Assembly (NCBI GenBank): GCA_963729625.1
Contig: CAVSOU010000014.1
Location: forward strand, 32,001 to 96,000
Length of the DNA stretch: 64,000 bases
Origin: an uncultured bacterium
Lineage (GTDB): Bacteria > Chloroflexota > UBA5177 > JANWHV01
Reading direction: 5' to 3'
Position 1 is the stretch's first letter; every line of letters begins with the position of its first letter. Below, piece after piece: positions 9,624 to 19,368 of the stretch. The notes under the pieces were generated by a model. It saw only the letters and a list, made by a program, of their open reading frames with translations, had not been told where the DNA came from and ran no database searches. A program made the position numbers and the translations under genes.

Positions 9624-10118
9624 TCATGCCAATGTGGAGAGCCAGACAGCAAGCGCGACGATCGCGACATTGACGAACAGGTTGACCACCGAGAGTTGTA
9701 TGGACCGCAACTGAAGCGACTTTCGCCGCTCGGGCTCCAGAATGCTGGTGGCCTGGCCTGCCGATTGCTCGAGACGGGGGCCGTAATATGCCCCGTGGAT
9801 GCAGGTCAGCACGAGCACGATTGCCACCAACACAATCTTGGCGATTAATACGTGGCCCCACTTCGAGTCACGCAGAATCGATGCGGATACACCATGTGCG
9901 TTCGCGTTAAGCAGCCCGGTGACGAGCAGCACGGCGAGCGACAATCCGCCATAGACGCCGAATCTGCGGCCGACAAGACTGACAATACGCACGCGCTCGG
10001 GCTCGGACAAGGAGTGCCTGACCACTGGAAGTAGCACCATGAAAAGGAAGAGCTGGCCGCCCAACCAAAACATGGCTGCCATCACGTGCAGCCACAAGAT
10101 CACGGCCGCCGAGCTCAT
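9624..10118 (-). CDS. CopD/DUF4149-like four-helix membrane protein
   Basis: WLHVMAAMFWLGG, LLVTG, LIAKIVLV..., H..YYGP. Confidence 0.75.
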   Translation of the reverse strand: MSSAAVILWLHVMAAMFWLGGQLFLFMVLLPVVRHSLSEPERVRIVSLVGRRFGVYGGLSLAVLLVTGLLNANAHGVSASILRDSKWGHVLIAKIVLVAIVLVLTCIHGAYYGPRLEQSAGQATSILEPERRKSLQLRSIQLSVVNLFVNVAIVALAVWLSTLA

Positions 10119-10172
10119 TCACACTCTCGCATGTGTGATGCCTTCGCGTTCGCGCGCGCCAGGGCCGTCGGC

Positions 10173-11210
10173 TCAAACCGGTGTCGCGATGCGCCAGTAA
10201 AGCTCTTCGTCTATTTGTCCAGTCTCGATGAGGTGGCGTATCTGCTTGAGGCGTGTAAACGCCCTGAACGCAAAGGTATCGGGTGACATGCGAATGGACA
10301 TAAAGACCTCATGGAGCTCACGCGCACCTGTCGCCGCGTCGCGGCTACAGCTGAATGCCGGCATGTGCGCTCGGATCTTCTCGAAGGACACCCGGTAGCT
10401 GCGGTTGTCCTTGTCTGGCTTTCCAAACGTGACCGTGCATCCCGGAAACGCCTCTGCCACTATCGTGGCGACTTCCCTGACCCTGTAGTTGAAGCGCGAG
10501 TCGCCAACATTGAACACCTGATTGTGCACGGCGGCTGGCGGCGCATCGAGCGTACACGCTATCGCCTCGCAGATGTCGAGGACATGCACGAGCGGCCGCC
10601 ATGGCGTGCCGTCACTGGTCATGGCGATCGTGCCTGTCGTCCATGCCAGGCCGGCCAGGTTGTTGAGCACGATATCGAAGCGCATCCTTGGTGACGGGCC
10701 GAACGCAGTGGCATTGCGCAGGAACGTCGGCGAGAAGTAGTCACCCGCCAATGTCTGCACGTCGCGCTCCACCAGGAGTTTGCACTCGGCATATGCAGTC
10801 TGCGGATTCGGGACGCTTTCCTCAGTCATGATCTCGTCCGAGCCTACCCCGTAGACGCTGCAGGACGACGTGTACACGAAGCGACGCACGCCCGCCTCTT
10901 TGGCCAGCTTGGCCAGCCGCACGCTGCCAATATGATTGATCCGGTAGGTAAGTCCCGGGTTCTGCTGACCCAGTGGATCGTTCGACAGCTCGGCCAGATG
11001 CACAACTGCATCAACACCTGCGAAGTCCTGGACATCCAGCGTGCGTATGTCCTTACGAATTGACGTGGCGCCAGGGTCGATCGTGCCGTAGAGCAGACCG
11101 TCGCGATAGAAGCCGGTGTCCAATCCGGATACCTCGTGACCGCGTGCCTTGAGCACCGGGACCAGCTGTGAGCCGATATATCCGTCTGTCCCGGTAACAA
11201 GTACGTTCAT
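10173..11210 (-). CDS. NAD-dependent nucleotide-sugar epimerase/dehydratase (extended SDR)
   Basis: VLVTGTDGYIG, HLAELSNDP, SSCSVYG, YAECK (YxxxK). Start reassigned to ATG 11210. Confidence 0.9.
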   Translation of the reverse strand: MNVLVTGTDGYIGSQLVPVLKARGHEVSGLDTGFYRDGLLYGTIDPGATSIRKDIRTLDVQDFAGVDAVVHLAELSNDPLGQQNPGLTYRINHIGSVRLAKLAKEAGVRRFVYTSSCSVYGVGSDEIMTEESVPNPQTAYAECKLLVERDVQTLAGDYFSPTFLRNATAFGPSPRMRFDIVLNNLAGLAWTTGTIAMTSDGTPWRPLVHVLDICEAIACTLDAPPAAVHNQVFNVGDSRFNYRVREVATIVAEAFPGCTVTFGKPDKDNRSYRVSFEKIRAHMPAFSCSRDAATGARELHEVFMSIRMSPDTFAFRAFTRLKQIRHLIETGQIDEELYWRIATPV

Positions 11211-11239
11211 TCGAATTATCTCCCTGCGACTGCGCTGCG

Positions 11240-11884
11240 TCAGAGCGCGATCTTCTTGCTGTAGAATGCCTCGGCGAAACCCGACGGCGATGCAGACTCC
11301 ATGCCCCGAATACGCAACAGCGAATAGAACAGGTCCGAAGTGAACCAGTGTTTGCCTCGCTGAGTACCAAAACACGCCAATAAGTGGTCAATCTTTGCCT
11401 GGCAGGTCTCCCTGTCCAGGTGAAAATACACATTTGGCACGCCGAAGTCGCCGTCGTACTTGGGAATCTCGTATTCAAGGATGAGGTGGTTCCTGAACGT
11501 ATTCCAGGTCAGCTCGTTGACGAGGCGATGATCCTGGTGCGCATCTCTTGCCTGATGAGTGAAGATCACATCAGGAAGGAAAGCGGACTTGAGGGCCTCA
11601 AAGCAATCCTTGATCTCCGCGCCCGTGTACGGAAAGTACCCGTCTCTAAATCCGTGCACGTCTATGGTGCGCGACGACGCCTGCGCCAACATCAGTTCAG
11701 CGCTCTGCCGTGCCTCAGCGGCACGCTCGCCACCGGCGCCGAACACTACCCAGCGAACGTCGGCCTCGGGACACATCGCGAGCAACCGGAAGACGGTGCC
11801 GCCACATCCGATCTCGATGTCGTCACTATGTGCCCCGAGGCACAGCACGCGTCTCGGTGGGCTGGCGAAAGTCAGGGCCTGCAT
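11240..11884 (-). CDS. PIG-L/LmbE family N-deacetylase
   Basis: AHSDDIEIGCGG and HQDH Zn-binding motifs. Confidence 0.9.
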   Translation of the reverse strand: MQALTFASPPRRVLCLGAHSDDIEIGCGGTVFRLLAMCPEADVRWVVFGAGGERAAEARQSAELMLAQASSRTIDVHGFRDGYFPYTGAEIKDCFEALKSAFLPDVIFTHQARDAHQDHRLVNELTWNTFRNHLILEYEIPKYDGDFGVPNVYFHLDRETCQAKIDHLLACFGTQRGKHWFTSDLFYSLLRIRGMESASPSGFAEAFYSKKIAL

Positions 11885-11900
11885 GCTCGTGCGTGTCCTT

Positions 11901-12695
11901 CTACCCTACGCGTGGGACCGGCTTGAGCCAGACTTCCCAGGGAACGTCGCCACGCGCGTACATGTCATCAAATTGCTGCTTCTCTTTGAAGGTGTCCATA
12001 CACGACCAGAAACCATCATGCTTGTAGGCGGATAGCTGATTCTCGGCAATCAACCGCTGAAACGGCTCGTGGACCAGTTCATCTCCGGGCTGAATGTAGT
12101 CAAATATCTCATGCTTGAAAACGAAGAACCCGCCGTTAATCCGAAAATCTGCATCGCGCGCGTCATGGATGCTGCGCACAGCGCCATCGGGGTCGATTGT
12201 GACGCGATGGAACGTTTGCGTCGGTCTGACTGCCACGAAGCAGCCAATTTTCCCCGCGTCGCAGAAGTGGTCCAAGAGGGTAGGCAACGCCAAATCGGTC
12301 AGCCCATCGGTGTAGTTAGCCAGGAAGACCTTCTCGCCATCGAGATACGGTTCAACTGCCTTCAGCCGCTGACCGATGTTGGAGGTCAATCCGGTGTCGA
12401 TGAACGTAATTCGCCAATTCTGAATATCGCTGCTCAGAAGCTGCAGGTTTCGCCCGCCATCGGATAAGGTGAAGTCATTGGAGACAGCTTCGTTGTAGTT
12501 GAGAAAATACTCCTTGATCACATGCGCCCTGTAACCCAAGCACAGGATGAAGTCCGTATGTCCGTAGTGAGCGTAGTACTTCATCACGTGCCACAGTATT
12601 GGGTGGTTACCAATCGGAACCATCGGTTTCGGCACGCTTTCAGAGAATTCCCTGAGGCGCATGCCCAATCCACCACAGAACAATACTACCTTCAT
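11901..12695 (-). CDS. rfbF: Glucose-1-phosphate cytidylyltransferase
   Basis: GGLGMRL...PKPMVPIG, FILCLGY, INGGFF, FWSCMDT. Confidence 0.85.
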   Translation of the reverse strand: MKVVLFCGGLGMRLREFSESVPKPMVPIGNHPILWHVMKYYAHYGHTDFILCLGYRAHVIKEYFLNYNEAVSNDFTLSDGGRNLQLLSSDIQNWRITFIDTGLTSNIGQRLKAVEPYLDGEKVFLANYTDGLTDLALPTLLDHFCDAGKIGCFVAVRPTQTFHRVTIDPDGAVRSIHDARDADFRINGGFFVFKHEIFDYIQPGDELVHEPFQRLIAENQLSAYKHDGFWSCMDTFKEKQQFDDMYARGDVPWEVWLKPVPRVG

Positions 12696-12798
12696 CGCGC
12701 CTCACTCCCTTGATTGTGGGCGGACACGCTATCCGACTGGCTCTGTTCGCGCCGACGGCCTGCGGTTGCCGCAGGTACCGGTAGTCTAAACGTACCAC

Positions 12799-13680
12799 TC
12801 ACAAACGGGATGCGCTCGTCTCACCCGCGGTCGCTTCGGAGAGCTGCATCGGTTGCAGCGGTTGAGCGGACGCCAGCCTGTATGCGCCTCGCGGGCGGTG
12901 CACCCATTCGCGTAGAATCGTCTTCAAGACACGAAGGCCGTCCGGACCTGCTCGAAGATTACTTGCTCCTGTGAGACGACTTGCTTCGAAGCTCGGCACT
13001 TCGATAACCTTGAGTCCGGCGTTGGCCACCCGCACGTTGATCAGCGTTTCCACCTCGAAACCGTCGGCGTCCACGTTCAGTGCCGATAGATGGCGGGCCC
13101 AGAAAGCGTTGTAACCATAGCAGAGATCCGAGTAATCGGTTCGGAACAGGAGGTTGACGCAATGGGTCAGCACCAGATTCCCCAGACGTCGCACCAACGT
13201 GATATCGGCGCTCCCTCCTCCTTCCAGGAATCTAGAGCCCTTCGCGAAGTCCGAGCCGGCAAGCAACGCACTCACGAAAAGTGGTATTTCTTGACCGTCA
13301 GCAGATCCGTCGGCGTCCAGCATCACGATAATGTCTCCGCGAGCAGCGTCGAACCCGCATGCCAGCGCGCTGCCCTTTCCACGCCGGGATTCCTGAACCA
13401 CTTTGATGCCCGGCCAGTGCGCGGATGCCACCGCGACCGTGTCGTCCGCGGAGTGGCCATCGACCAGAATCACCTCATAGACGTCGTTTGGAATACGAGC
13501 TAGCACATGCGGAAGGTTTAGGGCTTCGTTCTTTGCTGGTATTACCACGCTGACGCGTGGCCAGCTCGTGTTCGTAGTGCGGCGCCGATCCAGCATCGGT
13601 GCAGGTGCGTCCTCCGATGCACCGCGCGCCATTTCGTAGCACGTGCCTGCAGGCTCTAGGTGCGACGTTTTCAGTTGCAT
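12799..13680 (-). CDS. GT2 glycosyltransferase (DPM1-like, polyprenyl-phosphate type)
   Basis: SVVIPAKNE, VDGHSAD, GKG, DADGS, GSRF, DLCYGY, FEVETL. Start uncertain; ATG 13680 follows GAGGGG. Confidence 0.85.
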   Translation of the reverse strand: MQLKTSHLEPAGTCYEMARGASEDAPAPMLDRRRTTNTSWPRVSVVIPAKNEALNLPHVLARIPNDVYEVILVDGHSADDTVAVASAHWPGIKVVQESRRGKGSALACGFDAARGDIIVMLDADGSADGQEIPLFVSALLAGSDFAKGSRFLEGGGSADITLVRRLGNLVLTHCVNLLFRTDYSDLCYGYNAFWARHLSALNVDADGFEVETLINVRVANAGLKVIEVPSFEASRLTGASNLRAGPDGLRVLKTILREWVHRPRGAYRLASAQPLQPMQLSEATAGETSASRL

Positions 13681-14071
13681 CGTCAGTGGGCTTCCCCTCT
13701 TGCACTTTCCAGGCTCAGTGTATGGTTGACCATTCGGGCGACAGCCTCCAAGCACCGCAAGGAGCGAGATCTGATGTACGCGACCCCCTCCGCACGACGC
13801 GGCTCCATCGCCAGGCATGAGCTGCTCCGGTCCCACTCGCGGGTCAAAGTGTCTCGAATACTTGCGAGGAAGGCCGGCCAGAGGCGAGGGCGTGCTCCGT
13901 CGCCGGATTCAGCGGCGAGCTACCAGAACATGTTGCGCCCCAGCGGACCCTGCAGCACGGCGCGTAGACTGGCGGCGATGCCAGAGGACCGCTGCCTTCG
14001 CGCCACGTGAATCTCTTCCCTATCTTGCGTAACCGCGACATTTACGATTGGCTACAACTGTTCCTGACTCC

Positions 14072-14100
14072 AGAATAGATAGAACTATTCATGTAGTCAA
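14072..14100 (-). promoter_or_regulatory. sigma70-type promoter for the GT2-rfbF operon, overlapped by an inverted repeat
   Basis: TTGACT-17-TATTCT on the minus strand; GAATAG-N6-CTATTC palindrome at 14073-14090. Confidence 0.55.
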
Positions 14101-14283
14101 TACTGCTTAAGCTGTTGTGGCGTGCCACCTCGATGGGATAGGTAGCCGTGCCAGACCCGTGAGTATGAAGAGATTGACCGCATTCTACTGGCAAGTTAGG
14201 ACGGGAGCCAGTAGCATTCTCATCAATGGCATGTCAGAGCCGGCCCGTGACCGACTTCAATACATCGCTCCGGCGCCAATGAA

Positions 14284-15525
14284 ATGAGCCCGTTGATTGG
14301 TGCTCATTCAGTGATCCCCGCACGGTTCGGTCGCGCCGATCGTCTGGGTGTGGCTTCTCAGCGCCTGCGGCTGGCATGCACGCTTTTCGTGTTAGTTGTC
14401 TCATTGTCACTCGCGGGAAATACGCGCGTGAACGCAGGGCGTCAAGGCGATCAATTTCAGAACACTGTCGCCCTCGGCATCACGATCAGTCTTGGATCTG
14501 AGACCGTGTTCAGCAATCCCGGGCTCCTCGACGCCTACGCGTCGCTCACCGGCAGAATGCCTGCGATCGTCAACGTCGGCAGCGACTGGGAGCACTACCC
14601 GGAATTCAACGCCACAGTCATGGGGGCGATCAGATCCCGTGGCGGCATGCCGATGTGGACCTGGCTTCCGGACAACTACAACCTCGCGGGTTATCAGCCC
14701 GGTTTCAAGCTCACGACCATTGCGTCAGGGGCCTACGACGACTATATCAGACGTTTCGCAATGGACGCGAAGAACTGGGGCTTTCCTTTCCTCCTGAGAT
14801 TCGCTCACGAGATGAACGCGACCTGGTACCCGTGGAGCACGGGGACGGGAAACGCCAATGGGAATAGTCCAAGCGACTACATCGCGGCATGGCGGCACGT
14901 TCACGATATCTTCACTAGCGTCGGCGCATCGAATGTGCTATGGGTCTGGTGCGTGAACACGGAATCTCCCAGTGCCACGCCGATAGCGCAGGACTATCCG
15001 GGCGACGCGTACGTTGACTGGGTCGCGATGGATGGGTATAACTTCGGGTCAACGGTGCCGAACGGCCAGTGGCTATCACTTGCCCAGGTTTTCTTGCCCA
15101 CGTATCAGGACATCAGCAGGTTGACGTCCAAGCCCTTGATGATCTCGGAGCTCTCTAGCGCCGAACAGGGTGGCGACAAGGCGGCCTGGATTACTGATGG
15201 CTTGCTCAGCGCGTTGCCTTCCCTGCTGCCTCGCGTGCGGGCGGTGCTGTGGTTCGATGCTGTCGACGGCTATGACTGGCGAGTCGACACTTCAACAGCA
15301 TCATTGACTGCATTTCGACAGGTTGTCGCGTCGCCGATGTTCCAGAGTACCTTTGATCCCTTTGTCGTGGACGACGCTCCTGTCCCAGCGGCTCCGCAGG
15401 CGCTGCCTACCATTGTGGTCGCTCATGGTCCGCCACCTCCGCCGGCGCGGAAGCCGGTGCGAGGGTCCAGGACGGCGCGAAGGACATTTCGATGGGGCAG
15501 TCCGCGATCGCCTATCCCGTCGTGA
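14284..15525 (+). CDS. GH26 glycoside hydrolase (beta-mannanase-like), exported or anchored
   Basis: N-terminal hydrophobic helix; LRFAHEMN (acid/base), YPGD.YVDW.AMDGYN, KPLMISE (nucleophile); Pro-rich tail. Confidence 0.85.
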   Translation: MSPLIGAHSVIPARFGRADRLGVASQRLRLACTLFVLVVSLSLAGNTRVNAGRQGDQFQNTVALGITISLGSETVFSNPGLLDAYASLTGRMPAIVNVGSDWEHYPEFNATVMGAIRSRGGMPMWTWLPDNYNLAGYQPGFKLTTIASGAYDDYIRRFAMDAKNWGFPFLLRFAHEMNATWYPWSTGTGNANGNSPSDYIAAWRHVHDIFTSVGASNVLWVWCVNTESPSATPIAQDYPGDAYVDWVAMDGYNFGSTVPNGQWLSLAQVFLPTYQDISRLTSKPLMISELSSAEQGGDKAAWITDGLLSALPSLLPRVRAVLWFDAVDGYDWRVDTSTASLTAFRQVVASPMFQSTFDPFVVDDAPVPAAPQALPTIVVAHGPPPPPARKPVRGSRTARRTFRWGSPRSPIPS

Positions 15526-15636
15526 TTTCTGACATTGCCGCGCAGGCGGGACCGTTGAGCGCAGCCAGGTTTCGCCACGTCAACGTGCGTCATCTGGCAC
15601 ACTGAAGCATAGTGCTCGGGCGGCGAATGGGAAACG

Positions 15637-16764
15637 ATGATGGCGGACAGGCGCTTGGCGATTACTGTGCTTCCCCCGATGTACCTCGAGTCGAGCGTTG
15701 TGCAGTCCCGACAGCCGTTGGTCTCAATAATCATCGACAACTATAACTATCGCGAGTTTCTCCCCTTGGCCATATCGAGCGCGCTCGGGCAGACGTACCC
15801 GAAGGTGGAGGTCGTCGTGGTAGACGACGGTTCCACTGACGGCTCGCAGTCAGTCGTTCAGGGTTACGGCGACCGCGTCACGGCGATATTGAAGGCGAAC
15901 GGCGGGCAGGCTTCGGCATTCAACGCGGGGTTTGCACGCAGCAGTGGCGAGATCGTTGTCTTTCTGGACTCAGACGACATATTGTTGCCGAATGCAATCT
16001 GCCTCGTCGTAGACGCGTTTCGAGACGACCCCCGTCTGGCAAAGGTTCATTTTCACATGTCTGTCATCGATGCCGAAGGTCGCCTGACCGGTGCGTCAAG
16101 ACCCCCCGCTTACGCGACGATGCTCGATGGCGACCTGCGCCGGCACTATCTGACGTTTCCCGACGACGTATGGCGGTTGCCCACAAGCGGAAATGCATTC
16201 GCCGCGGCGGTGCTTCGCCGGATTCTCCCAATCGACGAAGCAGCGTATCGGGGCGGCGCGGATACGTATCTCACGCATGTCGCTCCACTTTATGGACGGG
16301 TCCGCTATTTGCCCTGTGAATGCGCGTACTACAGGATCCATGGGCAGAACAACTACGAGTTGGATGGCACGAGACTGAATCTGGCCAGGATTCGGCGGAA
16401 TGTAACCCACTCGCGGCAGACGCACATCCACATCAATGCTCATGCAGTTTGCGTTGGCCTGCTCGACGGTCAGCGCGAGATACTCTCGGTCTCCTACATA
16501 ATCAACCGCATGATCTCGCTCAGGTTGCAGCCCAGGCAGCACCCAGTGGCTGGTGACTCGCGGTGGAAGCTCTTCGGACTTGGCATGCGCGCGTCTGCCG
16601 AGCGCTTCGATGCCGGGCCTGCCATGCGGATGGCGTACGTTGGCTGGTTCATCGGCATGGCGCTGGGACCGCGCCCGCTGGCGTGGCGGCTCGCACGTCA
16701 AATGGTATTTCCGCAGACCAGGCCGCGCCTCAACCTGGTGTTGAAGGTCCTCGGTCGTGGTTAG
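15637..16764 (+). CDS. GT2 glycosyltransferase
   Basis: VSIIIDNYNY, VVDDGSTD, NGGQASAFN.G, FLDSDD, YRIHG. Confidence 0.9.
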   Translation: MMADRRLAITVLPPMYLESSVVQSRQPLVSIIIDNYNYREFLPLAISSALGQTYPKVEVVVVDDGSTDGSQSVVQGYGDRVTAILKANGGQASAFNAGFARSSGEIVVFLDSDDILLPNAICLVVDAFRDDPRLAKVHFHMSVIDAEGRLTGASRPPAYATMLDGDLRRHYLTFPDDVWRLPTSGNAFAAAVLRRILPIDEAAYRGGADTYLTHVAPLYGRVRYLPCECAYYRIHGQNNYELDGTRLNLARIRRNVTHSRQTHIHINAHAVCVGLLDGQREILSVSYIINRMISLRLQPRQHPVAGDSRWKLFGLGMRASAERFDAGPAMRMAYVGWFIGMALGPRPLAWRLARQMVFPQTRPRLNLVLKVLGRG

Positions 16765-18040
16765 CGCCCGCGTCGCTGGCGTGCCGTCGCAGCGGAGGTT
16801 TCACAGGACCGTGCTGGCCAATGCGGGGTCGATATTGACCACAAACGCCATAAACATGGCGCTCGGGGTGCCGTACTGGTGGATTGCGGCACGCTGGTTC
16901 GATCCCTCCGCAGTTGGCTTCGCGTCTGCGGTGAATGCGGGCATGAACCTCATGGGCACGCTTGGCATGCTCGGGCTCGGCACGCTGCTCATCGGAGAGC
17001 TCCCGCGCCGGCCGGCAGAGCGTGAGCGCCTCCTCAGCACCGGCTTGCTCGTCGCCGCTGTGGCCGGAGGTCTGCTCGGCACAGGATTCGCCCTCATGGC
17101 TCCTCATGTCTCAAGTGGGTTGCGGAGCCTGGCAGGCAGCCCGGCGACTGTCGCGCTGTTTGCCTTAGGTGCGGGACTGACATCCCTTGCTCTCGTGCTT
17201 GATCAGGCCGTGGTCGGGCTGCTCAGGTCGTCACTGCAGGTGTGGCGGAACTCTGTATTTGGCATATCGAAGCTTCTCGCGCTGGTTGTAGCCGCGGCTT
17301 TCGCCGCTCGCGGCGGGCTGACAATTTACGCAACCTGGGTCTTCGGGCTTGTCGTCTGCTTGCTCGCGCTGGCTTCGCAGACTGGCGCCCTGCATCACGC
17401 ATGTCGGCCCAGCATGGCGGCGGTGCGCAGACTTGGTTGGCAGGCGCTGGGGCACCACGTGCTGAACTCCGCGCTCCAAATCAACAGCCTGGCAATGCCA
17501 CTCGTAGTCACTGCGGTTCTGTCCACGACTGTGAACGCCTACTATAGCATTGCAGGACTCATCTCTGCGCTCGTCTATGTGGTTCCCACCGCACTTGCCA
17601 CGGTTCTCTTTGCACTAGGAGCCAGCGATCCAGCGGCGATCGCCGACCGCGTTCGCTTCACCCTCGTGCTGTCGCTAGCCTTGACTGCTCTGGCCAGTCT
17701 CGTGCTTGTGTTCGCGTCCGTGCCGATCCTCGACGTGTTCGGTCACGGCTACGCACGGCACGCTGCCGTGCCGCTGGTCGTATTCGCTCTGGGGGCGATT
17801 CCATTGTCGATTCGCGAGCACTTCGCGGCGATACAGCGCCTGAGGGGCCGGCCGATTGGCGCTGCGCCGTACGTCCTTGCCGGCAGCGCGCTCAAGCTCG
17901 TGCTGGCAACGAAGGGCGCGACCATGGATGGGCTGGTCGGCCTGAGCGTAGGCCTCCTGGTGGCAAGTTGTGGTGAGGCGCTCGCGCTTGCTCGTCCCGT
18001 GTACTTGGTTGCGGCCGGGCGCGCGCCGGGCTTTGTGTGA
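16757..18040 (+). CDS. Wzx-like oligosaccharide flippase (MOP superfamily)
   Basis: About 12 hydrophobic segments, YWWIAAR..PSAVG; overlaps the upstream GT2 stop. Confidence 0.8.
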   Translation: MVSARVAGVPSQRRFHRTVLANAGSILTTNAINMALGVPYWWIAARWFDPSAVGFASAVNAGMNLMGTLGMLGLGTLLIGELPRRPAERERLLSTGLLVAAVAGGLLGTGFALMAPHVSSGLRSLAGSPATVALFALGAGLTSLALVLDQAVVGLLRSSLQVWRNSVFGISKLLALVVAAAFAARGGLTIYATWVFGLVVCLLALASQTGALHHACRPSMAAVRRLGWQALGHHVLNSALQINSLAMPLVVTAVLSTTVNAYYSIAGLISALVYVVPTALATVLFALGASDPAAIADRVRFTLVLSLALTALASLVLVFASVPILDVFGHGYARHAAVPLVVFALGAIPLSIREHFAAIQRLRGRPIGAAPYVLAGSALKLVLATKGATMDGLVGLSVGLLVASCGEALALARPVYLVAAGRAPGFV

Positions 18041-18132
18041 ACACCTGTTGGTTTCCAACGGCTTGCGCGGGGCGCGAAAGAGTCCATGCAGTGGCCATGT
18101 ATGCTGCAGACTAGAGAGTGAAGGGACATTCC

Positions 18133-19110
18133 ATGTCGGTCGCCGAACCTGCCAAGACCGGCCAGCTAGACAGTGTGCCAGGACAACGTGTGCTCGATCC
18201 GCGAGTCAGCGTGGGAGTGCCGGTATACAACGGAGAGAAGTACCTGCGGCTGGCGCTGGACTCGCTGCTCGCGCAGACCTTTCCCGATTTCGAGGTGATC
18301 ATCTCGGACAATGCGTCGACAGATTCGACAAACGAAATTGCACTGGACTATGCGCGACGCGATCACCGGATCCGGTACTACCGGCAGGCACGGAACCACG
18401 GCGGTGCCTGGAACTTCAACCATACTGTGGAGCTGGCGCGCGGTGAATACTTCAAGTGGGCTGCGCACGACGACGTCCTCGCTCCTTCATTTCTGGAACA
18501 GTGTGTGGCGGCGCTGGACTCCTCGCCGCGTTGCGTGCTGGCTGCGCCGCGCACGGTGAAGATCGATGAACAGGGAAACGAGCAAGTCAGAGTTGGCATG
18601 CGACTCCGCACCGAATCGTCCTCGGCTGCAACACGGTTTCACGACCTGATTCGGGTCCCGCACGGCTGCTACCAGGGTTCCGGACTTATCCGTATAACCG
18701 CGCTCCGAATGACGCCGCTTATCGACATCTATGCTGGATCAGACCGCGTTCTCCTTGCCCGACTCGGCCTCATCGGCGAGTTCTACGAGGTGCCGGAGTA
18801 CCTCTTCTTCTCCAGAAGCCATTCCGCGCAGTCTGTTCGCTCGAATCGCTACGATCGCATGTGGTGGTTTGATCCGACGAAACAGGGACACATAGCGCTA
18901 CCTGCTTGGCGCATATTCGGCGAGCTGGTGGAGTGTGTCTGCGAGGTGCCGCTGAGCTCCGCCGATCGCGCCAGGTGCCTGTTCGACGTGCTGCGGTGGC
19001 CGCTCTGGAACGGCAACGGGATTGAGATGGCGATCGACGTTGCTCGGGCGATCGCAATGGCGCCTCGCGCCATTCTGGGCGCCCGATGCGCAGGCGACAA
19101 GAGCGTCTGA
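18133..19110 (+). CDS. GT2 glycosyltransferase
   Basis: VSVGVPVYNGEKYL, ISDNASTD, YFKWAAHDD. Confidence 0.9.
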   Translation: MSVAEPAKTGQLDSVPGQRVLDPRVSVGVPVYNGEKYLRLALDSLLAQTFPDFEVIISDNASTDSTNEIALDYARRDHRIRYYRQARNHGGAWNFNHTVELARGEYFKWAAHDDVLAPSFLEQCVAALDSSPRCVLAAPRTVKIDEQGNEQVRVGMRLRTESSSAATRFHDLIRVPHGCYQGSGLIRITALRMTPLIDIYAGSDRVLLARLGLIGEFYEVPEYLFFSRSHSAQSVRSNRYDRMWWFDPTKQGHIALPAWRIFGELVECVCEVPLSSADRARCLFDVLRWPLWNGNGIEMAIDVARAIAMAPRAILGARCAGDKSV

Positions 19111-19368
19111 CCAATCATTGGGCGATCGCCACTGTGCGTGAGACACGCGCTCCGGTTGTAACCGCGACCTATACGGCGGTGCAAGTGCACACCACGGGCG
19201 GCGCCAACCTGCTAGGATACATCGCGAGGACGTTGACCATTCTCTTAGTTTGACCCGCACCTGCAGCAGCACTGAGGGGCAACCCACAGCAGCACCATCG
19301 CGCACTGCGGTCGGAACAGGCGTCTTCGATCTCACAAGGACGCTTGCTCATAGTGGACAGGAGGCAGC

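Noticed and set aside
13720-13920. c-di-AMP (ydaO) riboswitch in the GT2 leader (GCTGAATCC...GGAGC, GCCCGAAT)
   Set aside because: The required GGGGAACC, GGGGTGAAT and GTCAGCTAAC elements are absent and the spacing does not fit.
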